Origin: a virus | Taxonomy: Duplodnaviria > Heunggongvirae > Uroviricota > Caudoviricetes | Strand: one strand, 5' to 3' | Virus record (IMG/VR): IMGVR_UViG_3300005329_000001 | Length of the DNA: 64,000 bases | Shown here: piece after piece, positions 9,176 to 18,589 of the stretch | Layout of the letters: every line of letters starts with the position of its first letter | Position numbering within the stretch: position 1 is the first letter of the stretch | The notes under the pieces: model-generated | Seen by the model: only the letters and a program-made list of their open reading frames with translations | Told to the model about the DNA's origin: nothing | The model's database searches: none | Translations under genes and position numbers: made by a program

Positions 9176-9942
9176 TGGCGACCGACTTCACTACACCATC
9201 AACACCGGACCCCACTGCATACGGGGATGAGCCGCTCGATTTCCACATTCGAGCGTACCTCGTCTTCCTGCAGGGGTTGTTCGCGCAGATGCCGATGGGG
9301 TCGTGGAAGTGGTCCCAGGACGAGAAGCTTACCGAGATCACCATTACCGATCAGGCGCCCTTTCCGCGCGATCGGCTCGAGCAGCGCCCCGCAATCATCA
9401 CCATGCGCGGGCAGGCGCAGTACGCCAATCTCTCGCTCGACAACATGCGGTCTCGAGACTGGAGAACGGGAGACAAAGAGCGCACCGATCTGGTGGCCTG
9501 CACAATGTCTCTCGTTGTAGTCGCCAAGCTCGACGCTGAAGCGCAGAAGATTGCGTGGTACCTCATGCGGCATCTCCGCACCTTCAAAGAGATGCTCCAG
9601 CGGTACGGCCGCTTTCACAAGATCGGTGACGAGATCAGTATCTCGCCAGTGTCTCCTCCTACCGGCGCTGTCATCTCCGGCGAAGGTACTCAGGAGTTCA
9701 CGATGGTGACGGTGCTGAGCCCGTTCTTCTTTCAGTGGACAGAGCGCACCACGCCCACTGACATGCATCTGGCTCGCGAAATCGACGCCTACCTCTCTGC
9801 AGCACTTGCCCCGCCGGACTCCACGGGCGTGAGGCAACAGACGGTCCTGCGTCGACCCACGGTGAGGGGAATGCCGATCGGGCAGACTCAGGTTCCGACA
9901 AACCCGGCAGAGCCACTCGCCATCATCAAGGTCGAAGAGTAA
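9175..9942 (+). CDS. hypothetical protein (tail/neck-associated by position)
   Basis: 255-aa ORF, overlapping start/stop with flanking genes. Confidence 0.5.
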   Translation: MATDFTTPSTPDPTAYGDEPLDFHIRAYLVFLQGLFAQMPMGSWKWSQDEKLTEITITDQAPFPRDRLEQRPAIITMRGQAQYANLSLDNMRSRDWRTGDKERTDLVACTMSLVVVAKLDAEAQKIAWYLMRHLRTFKEMLQRYGRFHKIGDEISISPVSPPTGAVISGEGTQEFTMVTVLSPFFFQWTERTTPTDMHLAREIDAYLSAALAPPDSTGVRQQTVLRRPTVRGMPIGQTQVPTNPAEPLAIIKVEE

Positions 9943-9954
9943 GAGGAGAACGCC

Positions 9955-12900
9955 ATGGCCGCTGAGCTTCCCCGCCCCGGTGTAGAGGTCGTCCAGGAGT
10001 TCCAGAGTGCGGCGCCGACGATTGTCCGCCCGACTCTGGTCCCCTTCGTCACCGGCCCGGCGAAGGAGATCATCGACGTCCTGAACACCGATGGTACGCT
10101 GAACGCGAATGCCAAGCAGGGGCAGTACAACCAGCTCCCGCTCTTGGTCTCGCAGTCTGCGTTCCCGTCGCCGCGTGGCAACATCGCGCAGGTCAACGTC
10201 GAGGAAGATTCGATTCAGGCCTTCTTCAACTTCGGCGGTTCGCTGCTGAAGCTGAAGAGGAACCCTGGCGAGAGCTTCCTGACCGATTGGAACAACGCAT
10301 CCGCTGCGGCCATCCAGACGCTGCCCGATCCAGTGGGCGACTTCGTGGTCGATGGCCTCACGCTCGTTCTCGCGATCGACGTGCCGGCGCGCCTCAATAC
10401 CACCGAGGACGTAGCCATCACCTTCGCTGGTGCGACCGCTGGCGCTCACCTCACTCCTGCCCAGATCGCTGCTCAGATCAACTCGGCAGTGGGTGAGACC
10501 GTGGCGACGGTAACCACCGACAACCGCGTCCAGATCACCTCGACCAAGTTCGGCGCCATCAGCTCAGTGACCGTTCGCGCCGGCGGATCGGCGAACACCG
10601 CCCTCGGCTTCACGGTCACGAACGAGTACCGCGTCGAGGGCTCGGGCTTCCGTGCTCAGGACCAGAGCAACAACACGGTCCTGTCGCCCTGGGTGGAGTG
10701 GAGCCGCGGCGGCTACCTGGTCAACGGAACCGCCACCACGTTCCCGGCGATCACCAGCGTCACTCCAGGGTTCGGCCTGGTGACGGCGGCGGGCACGTTC
10801 GCCAACTCGCAGGCAGCGGCCGTGACCTTCACCGGGAACGGCTCGATCCAGCTCCAGGTGGGCGACATCTTCTACGCCGACGGCACGACTCCGGTTGCCA
10901 GCGCGTTCGTCAAGAAGGTGGAGGCGAGCCGCTTCAAGATGGGCACGCTGAATGCCCGTCTCTCGATATTCGATGCTGACGGCAACGTCGTGACCCCGGT
11001 CTACGACGACGCCAACCTCAACACCATCTTCTCGTCGGTTCCCTTCGCTCCTCAGTTCGCCTGGTTCAAGGCCGAGAACCTCTCGGTCTCGTCAGTTCCC
11101 CAGGCTGCCGCGGTCACGGGCACCATCGAAGGTACGGCCGCGACTCCGGCGGTGGTCGAGGGCACCGGCGCTCCCGCCGGTCCGTTCAACCTCACTGGTC
11201 TCACGCTGATTGTGAGTGTGACCTACAACGGCGTGGTCCAGGACGACTTCACTTTCACGTTCACCGGCGGTCCGTTCGCGGACATGACGGCCGTGGCTGC
11301 GGCAATCGGCTCCAACATCCCGCACGTCGGCGCAGTCAACGACACCGGCAACCTGAAGCTGGCCACCCTGCTGACTGGTGCCAATCAGTCGCTGACTCTC
11401 CGCAAGACGTCGACTGCGGGAGCCACTCTGGGCTTCACCTTCGGTGGAAACGACATCACTGGCAACGGCCAAGATGTCACGTTCGTGGCGGCTGGTCCCG
11501 TGCTGCTCTCGGGCGACAACCCGAGCTTCAGCGCGCTGCCGACGACCAATCTCGTCCTCAAGCTGTCGACCGATGCGGGGGCCACCTTCCCCACCACGAG
11601 GACGCACACCTTCGGTGCTGGCCCCTTCGCCAACATCGCGGCGGTCATCGCAGACATCACGGCTGACGGTACGTTCATGACGAACCTCACCGTCACCTCG
11701 GTCGGAACGAAGCTGAAGATCCAGTGGAACCCTGCCAGCCCGACCGACCAGAACGTGATGAAGGTCGATGCGACTTCGACTGCCCTCGGGTCGAACAAGC
11801 TGCAGTACACGTCAGGTCAGCAGGCGGCAGGTGTCGACAATCTGTCTGGTCTCACGTTCCAGCTCAAGATCAACAACCGTCCGCACGTCTACCAGGTGCT
11901 CTTCACCAGCAACTCTCTGGTGGATGCGGTCACGGCGATCAATACGATCGTGGGTTGGCCGGTGGCGAGCATCGGCGGCACCAATTCTGACGAGCTGACC
12001 ATCACCTCCGACCTCAAGGGCATCGGCTCCAAGGTCGAGGTGCTGAACAACAATACGACCGCACAGGCAAACATCGCCCTCGGCTTCCCGGGTGGTGCGA
12101 CTGGCGTGGGCTCTGGACGTCCGAACCCGGACTTCTACCTCGACATCTCGGGCAACGTGAACATCGGTGCGGACATCCTCCGCAACCAGGTCACCGGCGC
12201 ACCATACGATCCGGGCCAGTCCGATCTCTACATCCAGTACAAGGGCCTGCGCCTCGATGTCTCGCCAAAGTCGACTGGAAAGCCGGCTCTCATCAGCGTC
12301 TCGGACACGGCGACCCTGACCACGGTCCTCGGGCCGCTGACGCCGGACAACCCGCTCGGCCTCGGCATGTTCTTCGCCGTCATCAATGCCCCCGGCATCT
12401 TGGTGACTGGCATGGGCGTCTCGGACGCTCCGGCGGCGGCACCAGATGGCACGCTGGCGGCCTACTCCGAGGTGGCGAACTTCATCGAGGCGCAGGAAGT
12501 CTACGCCATCGCCCCGCTGACCCACGATGAGACGGTGGCCCAGATGTTCAAGGCCCACCTCCAGCTCATGGAGTCGCCGGAGCAGAAGGGCGAGCGCATC
12601 CTCTTCTTCAACCCGCTCGTCCCGAGCCGCGGCAATGACGTCGTGGTGGCATCGGGCTCCAACGGCTCGACGACCCTCACGCAGAACCAGTTCGTCACCG
12701 ACGTGAACCCGACGGCGGCTCTGGTCGCCAATGGCGTCAACCCGGCGAACCCGATTCCGGTCTCTGCGGGCGTCTACCTGCAGCTCACCGTGGACGGCGA
12801 AGTCCGCAACTACAACGTCTCTGGCGTCAACGGTGTCGTGCAGACGCTCAACACGACGTTCGCCACCGGCGAGAACACCGACGGCTTCTTCACCACGACT

Positions 12901-13626
12901 CCGCTCACTACGCAGCTCGTGGCCGAAGCCTACTCGATGGAGATCCGTGGCCAGCCGCTGGTGCTGCCCGGCTCGTCCCTGCCGGACAAGGATGCGATCG
13001 CCTCGACTGTGGCGGCGAAGGCAGCGGCCTACAGGTACCGCCGCATGTTCTACGTCTTCCCCGACAAGGTGACGGCGAGCGTGAACGGCGTTCAGAGCCT
13101 GCTCGAGGCCTACCACGCCTGCGCCGGCATCGCCGGCATGTGCGCGAGCTTCCCGCCACAGCAGGGCTTCACCAACATGCCCATGGTCGGCTACAACGGC
13201 GTCCAGGGCTCGCAGGACACTTTCTCGCAGCGGCAGCAGAACGTCATCGCCGCGGGTGGCGTCTACATCCTCGTTCAGGATGTGGCTGGAGCGCCAGTCA
13301 TCTCCCGCATGCAGTGCTCGACGGACACCACGTCGGTCGAGAAGCGGGAGCTGTCGATCACGAAGATCGTGGACTTCACCGCCAAGTTCCTCCGGGCGGG
13401 TCTCCGCAACTTCATCGGCACGTTCAACATCACGCAACCATTCCTGGATACCGTCTCGACGGTCATCCACGGCATGCTCAAGTTCCTCGAGGAGAACGGG
13501 GTCCTCATCTCGGGCGATCTGAACAACATCATTCAGTCGACCGACCAGCCGGATACCGTGCTGGTGGACATCACCCTCGATGTCCCCTTCCCCTGCAACT
13601 ACATTCGCTTGACGCTGGTCATCTGA
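9955..13626 (+). CDS. putative contractile tail sheath protein with 4-5 internal ~80-aa repeat domains
   Basis: N-terminus PGVEVVQEFQSAAPTIV...PFVTGPA resembles sheath N-motif (HGV.V.E...I.G); C-terminal block FIGTFNITQPFLDTVSTVIHGMLKFLEENGVLISG resembles sheath C-domain; SD aggagaacgcc. Confidence 0.5.
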   Translation: MAAELPRPGVEVVQEFQSAAPTIVRPTLVPFVTGPAKEIIDVLNTDGTLNANAKQGQYNQLPLLVSQSAFPSPRGNIAQVNVEEDSIQAFFNFGGSLLKLKRNPGESFLTDWNNASAAAIQTLPDPVGDFVVDGLTLVLAIDVPARLNTTEDVAITFAGATAGAHLTPAQIAAQINSAVGETVATVTTDNRVQITSTKFGAISSVTVRAGGSANTALGFTVTNEYRVEGSGFRAQDQSNNTVLSPWVEWSRGGYLVNGTATTFPAITSVTPGFGLVTAAGTFANSQAAAVTFTGNGSIQLQVGDIFYADGTTPVASAFVKKVEASRFKMGTLNARLSIFDADGNVVTPVYDDANLNTIFSSVPFAPQFAWFKAENLSVSSVPQAAAVTGTIEGTAATPAVVEGTGAPAGPFNLTGLTLIVSVTYNGVVQDDFTFTFTGGPFADMTAVAAAIGSNIPHVGAVNDTGNLKLATLLTGANQSLTLRKTSTAGATLGFTFGGNDITGNGQDVTFVAAGPVLLSGDNPSFSALPTTNLVLKLSTDAGATFPTTRTHTFGAGPFANIAAVIADITADGTFMTNLTVTSVGTKLKIQWNPASPTDQNVMKVDATSTALGSNKLQYTSGQQAAGVDNLSGLTFQLKINNRPHVYQVLFTSNSLVDAVTAINTIVGWPVASIGGTNSDELTITSDLKGIGSKVEVLNNNTTAQANIALGFPGGATGVGSGRPNPDFYLDISGNVNIGADILRNQVTGAPYDPGQSDLYIQYKGLRLDVSPKSTGKPALISVSDTATLTTVLGPLTPDNPLGLGMFFAVINAPGILVTGMGVSDAPAAAPDGTLAAYSEVANFIEAQEVYAIAPLTHDETVAQMFKAHLQLMESPEQKGERILFFNPLVPSRGNDVVVASGSNGSTTLTQNQFVTDVNPTAALVANGVNPANPIPVSAGVYLQLTVDGEVRNYNVSGVNGVVQTLNTTFATGENTDGFFTTTPLTTQLVAEAYSMEIRGQPLVLPGSSLPDKDAIASTVAAKAAAYRYRRMFYVFPDKVTASVNGVQSLLEAYHACAGIAGMCASFPPQQGFTNMPMVGYNGVQGSQDTFSQRQQNVIAAGGVYILVQDVAGAPVISRMQCSTDTTSVEKRELSITKIVDFTAKFLRAGLRNFIGTFNITQPFLDTVSTVIHGMLKFLEENGVLISGDLNNIIQSTDQPDTVLVDITLDVPFPCNYIRLTLVI

Positions 13627-13676
13627 CCCGAGTCGAGGGACAATAGGCCTGACGAGGACCCAAAGGGAGACGCAAG

Positions 13677-14393
13677 ATGGCGCAGCTCACCGAGTGGCAA
13701 CCATATCAGCGGTACGTTCAGGGTGGCCTGGTCGATGGCCAGTTCCTGAGCGCCGCCTTCACGCTCCTCGCCGCTGGTCCTCCGCGTCTGGCGAACGTCG
13801 GCGGAGCGGCTGGTGTTGCCGCCACTCTCGGCACCACCGGAGCGAACAACTTCGCCATGCCGATCGGCGTGGTGCAGAACATGAGCCTCGGCCACAACCG
13901 GAACTTCAACCGGTTCTGGGAGCTCGGGTCGGAGCGGTCCTACTTCATCTCGGGACGCACCGTCGGACAGCTCGCGCTGAGCCGCATCATGTACCACGGG
14001 CCTTCGCTCTTGCGAATGCTCTACGCCTACTACCAGGACCTGCTGCCTCCGACGATCGTGCCCTTCGTTTTCAACAACGTGGGCCCGGCGACAGTGGCCA
14101 ATCCGCACAACGTCAAGATCCCGCCGGGCTACGAGAACATCTTCTTGAACCTGGCGTCAGATCTCTTCTCGCAGCCGGTGGGCCTCCTGGCCTACTTCCG
14201 CGATTCGAACGAGGACACTGTCGGCGCGATCTACCTCGAGAGCGCCTACGTTCCCTCGCATCAGATCGCGACCGACGCGGGCGGCGTGGTGATCCAGGAG
14301 CAGGCTTCCATGCAGTTCGAGCGCGCGGTGCCCGTTGCCGTCGCCTCGCTGGCGCTCATCACCGGCGCCTTCAATCCGGCCACGGGCTTCTGA
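13677..14393 (+). CDS. putative tail tube protein
   Basis: 238-aa ORF immediately downstream of sheath-like gene; SD aagggagacgca. Confidence 0.35.
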   Translation: MAQLTEWQPYQRYVQGGLVDGQFLSAAFTLLAAGPPRLANVGGAAGVAATLGTTGANNFAMPIGVVQNMSLGHNRNFNRFWELGSERSYFISGRTVGQLALSRIMYHGPSLLRMLYAYYQDLLPPTIVPFVFNNVGPATVANPHNVKIPPGYENIFLNLASDLFSQPVGLLAYFRDSNEDTVGAIYLESAYVPSHQIATDAGGVVIQEQASMQFERAVPVAVASLALITGAFNPATGF

Positions 14394-14411
14394 TCGTCGG
14401 AGGGCTGACCG

Positions 14412-15476
14412 ATGGATCGCGAACTCGCTGAGGCTGTCTTCTCGCGCTGGGAGCAAGGACTCCCAGTGTATGAAGGCACGCTCTACAAGGCGGCTGCAGC
14501 GCTGGGGGCGGATCCGTCCGCAGTCCTCACCGAGGCCCGCTTCTACCACCACCTCGATCGCGCTCTCGAGCGTGGTACGGGCTTCACGGCACCAGAGAGA
14601 GACTACTTCTCGGTGGCGTGTGGCTACGACCCAACCGAGATGGAGAAGACCGCAGAGGCCTACGGACTCGACTCGTCCGACGGTATGATCATGCGGGCTC
14701 TCACGCGTCGTCACTTCCAACCGGATCTGGAGAAGCTCGCCTTCCTCGGCATGCAGGGCGGCCCGACCGATGGCGGTCCTGCTGCGGCTACAGAGCCGAT
14801 GCCGATGGAGGGTGGCGAGGAGATGGGACAGCCAGCAGCTCCTGTCCCTGGCGCCCAGCTCCAACAGAACCCTGGTGTTCGTCCGAGCCCGACCTCGCCC
14901 ACGCAGGTTCCTGCCAGTGAAGGAGGAAACCTCGCAGATCTTCTGGGTGCGGCTGGAGAGACGCCAGGAGCCGAGCAGAACGGCGGGTTGCCTCCTGCTG
15001 GTGCTGGCGCCGATGGAGCACCGCCGCAGCCTCCGACCGCTGCAGAGCGTCTTCAACAGGCGATGCCGGGCATTCCGCCGGACGCCGTCGAGCGCTATGG
15101 GCCGAAGCTGGAGGAGTTCGAACAGCAGATCGGCATGACGGTGAACGATCCGAAGCAGGTGGAGAAGTTCATCAAGGAAATGCAGAAGTCCGAGAAGAAG
15201 CTCGTCGACGAGGCCATGAAGCAGTACGCAGAGCAGCAGGCCGAAGCGATGGGCGTTGGAACCGGACCCGCGTGGGACGAAACTGCACCCATCCCGAACG
15301 GGTCTGGAGGCTCGCCTCAGAACATGATGGCGGCCGCAAAGTCAGGGCGTGGGGGTGGAGGCTCCGCCCCGCCACCGAAAGCAGGTGCCGGCGGTCCGCA
15401 GCCACCAGCCGGCCCAGACGCTATGGCCAAGGCGGCTGCAGCGGGGGCGGCTCTTGCGCGGCGTCTTCGCAGGTAG
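14412..15476 (+). CDS. Pro/Gly/Ala-rich hypothetical protein
   Basis: 354-aa ORF, SD gtcggagggc. Confidence 0.5.
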   Translation: MDRELAEAVFSRWEQGLPVYEGTLYKAAAALGADPSAVLTEARFYHHLDRALERGTGFTAPERDYFSVACGYDPTEMEKTAEAYGLDSSDGMIMRALTRRHFQPDLEKLAFLGMQGGPTDGGPAAATEPMPMEGGEEMGQPAAPVPGAQLQQNPGVRPSPTSPTQVPASEGGNLADLLGAAGETPGAEQNGGLPPAGAGADGAPPQPPTAAERLQQAMPGIPPDAVERYGPKLEEFEQQIGMTVNDPKQVEKFIKEMQKSEKKLVDEAMKQYAEQQAEAMGVGTGPAWDETAPIPNGSGGSPQNMMAAAKSGRGGGGSAPPPKAGAGGPQPPAGPDAMAKAAAAGAALARRLRR

Positions 15477-15585
15477 TCTCTCCGCGGCGGTAGGCCTCCA
15501 GCCCGGAGAGATGGCGCCTCGTCCGGCCAGCCCGTCGGACGAGGCCCCTCTTTTGCAGAGGGAAGCAGGTAAGGAAGGTGCAGGG

Positions 15586-15765
15586 ATGCCTACCCAGCAG
15601 AGCAGTGTGAAGGACGAGGAGGCGGTGTCGGAGCTGGTGTCCTACGTGGAAAGCGTTCACCGGCGCGTCAAGGAACGCAGGCAGAAGGTGAAGGATGGCC
15701 CCGACGAGCAACGAGCAGTTCATGGAGCTGGTCTACGCGAGCAAGCTACTCGCAAAGACCATTGA
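15586..15765 (+). CDS. small hypothetical protein (59 aa)
   Basis: internal ATG of ORF 15349..15765 with SD aaggaaggtgcaggg; overlaps next gene by 70 nt. Confidence 0.25.
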   Translation: MPTQQSSVKDEEAVSELVSYVESVHRRVKERRQKVKDGPDEQRAVHGAGLREQATRKDH

Positions 15766-16246
15766 TGAGGTAGACGAGAAGCTCGCCAACGCCATCGACA
15801 AGATCGAAGGTCATCAAGAGCAGCTCGCAATCCTCAAAGACCTCGTCTCCACTGTCGACAAGAAGCTCGAGCTCCTTCCACTAGTCCTCGCTGGGAAGCT
15901 GGAAGACCTGGTCGATAAACGCGCTCGCCAGGCGTTCGAAGACATCCGCACTACTCTCGACGAGCTCCGCAACAAGCTCTACGCCATCAGGAAGGAGCAG
16001 AAGCAGATCCGCGAGCAAACGGGTCAGCACCTGCTTCCTCCTAAGCCTGCGGTTGAGAAACCGGATGATGAAGTGCTGTCTGTGCGGAAGGGCAAGTTCC
16101 GGTTCGATCTTCCTTGGGATGAGAAGACGAACAAGGTAATCAGAACCATCATCTACGCTCTGCTGAGCGTGGCGGGTGTTGGAACGGCGACAGGGGGTAT
16201 CTGGGCGCTGGTCGATCGCCTGAAGCATCTCTTCCATGGGGGATAG
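15695..16246 (+). CDS. coiled-coil protein with C-terminal transmembrane helix
   Basis: 183-aa ORF; heptad-rich N-terminal 140 aa then IIYALLSVAGVGTATGGIWALV. Confidence 0.5.
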   Translation: MAPTSNEQFMELVYASKLLAKTIDEVDEKLANAIDKIEGHQEQLAILKDLVSTVDKKLELLPLVLAGKLEDLVDKRARQAFEDIRTTLDELRNKLYAIRKEQKQIREQTGQHLLPPKPAVEKPDDEVLSVRKGKFRFDLPWDEKTNKVIRTIIYALLSVAGVGTATGGIWALVDRLKHLFHGG

Positions 16247-16248
16247 AT

Positions 16249-16551
16249 GTGGATCCAGTGCTCCTCATCGGCCTCCTCCTCGCTGGATGCGTCATTGCCG
16301 CACTTGTCGTGACCTGGAAGCTCGATAGTACAGTCCGAGAAGTCTCCGCCCATGTGACTTTCCTGCTGGCGAAGGTCGAGGGGCAGGACCAACATGTCGG
16401 CTGCAACGCCGACAACTTCCGCAAGCTCCTCAGCCCGATTCATCAGCTCGCAGAAGACGTCGCCGAGCTTGATGAAGATCTCCTTCGCCTGCAGAAGCTC
16501 TTCGAAGAGCTAAAAAAGCGGATAGACCAGTTAGGCCCATCCGCTCCGTAG
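16249..16551 (+). CDS. N-terminal TM plus coiled-coil protein (type II membrane topology)
   Basis: 100-aa ORF; LLIGLLLAGCVIAALVV TM; last gene of + operon. Confidence 0.5.
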   Translation: MDPVLLIGLLLAGCVIAALVVTWKLDSTVREVSAHVTFLLAKVEGQDQHVGCNADNFRKLLSPIHQLAEDVAELDEDLLRLQKLFEELKKRIDQLGPSAP

Positions 16552-18147
16552 TTACTCGGTTGCGGGGTAGATGCACATCACGAAGTCGCCGGGATGGCTG
16601 TCGATCTTGACCGTCTGTATGTTGCCATCGTTGAACTGCAGGAGGTCCTGGTAGCGGCCTTCGGGGTCGTTGGTCGGCTGCTGCTCTCCATTCACATTCT
16701 GCACTTTGATGAGGACGGCGTAGAAGGTGATTCCGTCGAGATAGACGACACCGTGGAAGTTGTCCTCGCCCTCCATCGGATGCAGCTCTCCGAAGCGGAA
16801 GCCGCCCGCGGTCGGGAGATGCCGGCGATGGAAGTTGGCCTGCCGGTCGTGCCCGACGCTGGTGCTGTTCAGGTACTGCAGGTAGCCAGGCGACTCGGAC
16901 CGCTTGAGCTCGTCGAGCTGCTCGAGCAGGCCGCGTTGGCGAGACTTCAGCCGCAGCGCCTCCTCCTTAGGATGGTCTTGGAAGTTCATCTCATTGAGCT
17001 GTCCGATGAGGGCCATTGCAGCTCGGGCGAGCCCAGTGATTGCGGCTTCTTGTAGTCGATGCTTGCCGAGATCGAGCTCCGACAACTCCTTGGAGATGGG
17101 GCACATCAACTTGCCTCGAGGAAAGCCGTTCTCGTCGGTGACGACACTGTCGAGAACCTTGTCGGGTTCGAAATTGGAGCGCTTCATCTCCTCTTCGCTG
17201 AAGAGACAGGGAACAGCCGTGATCTTCTTTCTGGTGCTCGTCTCGTTCTGAGAGTACTGACGCTTGAGTGGGCGAAGGTCTTCGGCGAAGCCCGGCGTCT
17301 TGGCCGCCTTGCGGAACCCGTTGCGGTCTGGGTCGTGGTCTGGGTGAGGGCAGGTCATGGTGTCTCCGTTCTTCTCTGCAGCGCTCATGTAGTACCTCGC
17401 TTGTGGGAATGCGTCGTCGAATTGCTTGAGGAGACGAGTCGCCTGCTCGATCGGTCTACGCTTCCTCTCCTCTTCCATCGCCGCATAGGTGTTGTCGAGC
17501 ACCTGGATGAAGAGCGCGGCTTTGCCCTCTTCGATGTAGACCTCGAAGTCTTCTTGATCCGGCTCGTCTGAGACGTGGAAGCCAGCGCCGTGCATGGCGC
17601 GCCACACCTCGTTGTTGGCCCCGCGATAGCCGATCCAAGTATAGGCGTCGTCATTCTTGGGCAGGCCGTGCCCGCAGCCGCACTCTCGTCGGTGAGCGAG
17701 CTCGGCGTCGATCGACCCTTGGAATCGATAGTGGCCGCAGTCTGAGCACATGTCGATGTGCATGCCGCAGGGAATGCCGAGGACAGCCTCGTTGTGCGGG
17801 TTATCCCCGCCTTCGTGGCGATTGTCCATGTGGAGCCAGCCGACACTGCCGCATTCGCAGAGCTCGAAGGATTGGGAAAGCTCATCCTTCCTGCAACGCC
17901 AGAAGAACTTCGGCCTGCCACCGAGGTGTCGAGTGACTCTTTGAAGAGCCATGCTGTCACCACAGACGTTGCAACTGGGGCGAGGAACAGCGACGGTGGC
18001 ATTGCACTCATCACACTTGAGCGCGGTGACCTGGCAGTAACCACCACCCATCAAAACCGTATACGATGAGTAGTGCTTCATGGGTCCGTGTCGACGGCAC
18101 ACGGGTCCATCCTTGGCGGGCATGAAAGCCCGCTGCTCCTCAACCAT
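16552..18147 (-). CDS. large Cys-rich protein with multiple zinc-ribbon-like CxxC pairs
   Basis: 531-aa ORF, SD aggaggaca upstream; N-terminal half has at least 5 CxxC/CxC clusters. Confidence 0.55.
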   Translation of the reverse strand: MVEEQRAFMPAKDGPVCRRHGPMKHYSSYTVLMGGGYCQVTALKCDECNATVAVPRPSCNVCGDSMALQRVTRHLGGRPKFFWRCRKDELSQSFELCECGSVGWLHMDNRHEGGDNPHNEAVLGIPCGMHIDMCSDCGHYRFQGSIDAELAHRRECGCGHGLPKNDDAYTWIGYRGANNEVWRAMHGAGFHVSDEPDQEDFEVYIEEGKAALFIQVLDNTYAAMEEERKRRPIEQATRLLKQFDDAFPQARYYMSAAEKNGDTMTCPHPDHDPDRNGFRKAAKTPGFAEDLRPLKRQYSQNETSTRKKITAVPCLFSEEEMKRSNFEPDKVLDSVVTDENGFPRGKLMCPISKELSELDLGKHRLQEAAITGLARAAMALIGQLNEMNFQDHPKEEALRLKSRQRGLLEQLDELKRSESPGYLQYLNSTSVGHDRQANFHRRHLPTAGGFRFGELHPMEGEDNFHGVVYLDGITFYAVLIKVQNVNGEQQPTNDPEGRYQDLLQFNDGNIQTVKIDSHPGDFVMCIYPATE

Positions 18148-18161
18148 GTTGTCCTCCTGAT

Positions 18162-18524
18162 TTAGGCGGCGGGTGCTACGCAGTACTTCTCGACGAAGGG
18201 CATGACCTGAGATACGAACGGCTTCTGCACATAGCCGTCTGCGCTCTTGTTGCTGACGAGATCGACTGAGCCGGTGAAGACGATTACGGGGATGGCTTTG
18301 AGGCGGGGATCGATGTCGCGGAAGATCAGGAACTCTTCTCCGTTCATCACCGGCATCGAGTAGTCGAGAAGGATGAGCTCTGGTCTCTCGTTCTCGTCAT
18401 CGGTGAGATAGGCCAGGGCGTCTCTTCCATTCTGTTCGCCCCATGCCTCGTAGCCAGAACTGCGGAGCATGTCGATCAGGACCTGGCGGACGGAGTCGTC
18501 ATCATCAACGACCAGGATCATCAC
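18162..18524 (-). CDS. stand-alone response-regulator receiver domain (CheY-like)
   Basis: LVVDDDDSVR acid pocket, LILLDYSMP phospho-Asp, IVFTG Thr, VQKPF Lys-Pro all present; 120 aa, no output domain. Confidence 0.8.
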   Translation of the reverse strand: MMILVVDDDDSVRQVLIDMLRSSGYEAWGEQNGRDALAYLTDDENERPELILLDYSMPVMNGEEFLIFRDIDPRLKAIPVIVFTGSVDLVSNKSADGYVQKPFVSQVMPFVEKYCVAPAA

Positions 18525-18589
18525 GTACCCCCAGTAGGGATGTTGCGCTAGTCAAAGACTGTATCACGTCGGTTTTCGCGTGTCGACGA

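Noticed and set aside
13677-14393. Assigning 13677..14393 confidently as the tail tube
   Set aside because: Only positional evidence (next to sheath-like gene); 238 aa is long for a tube protein, so kept at low confidence
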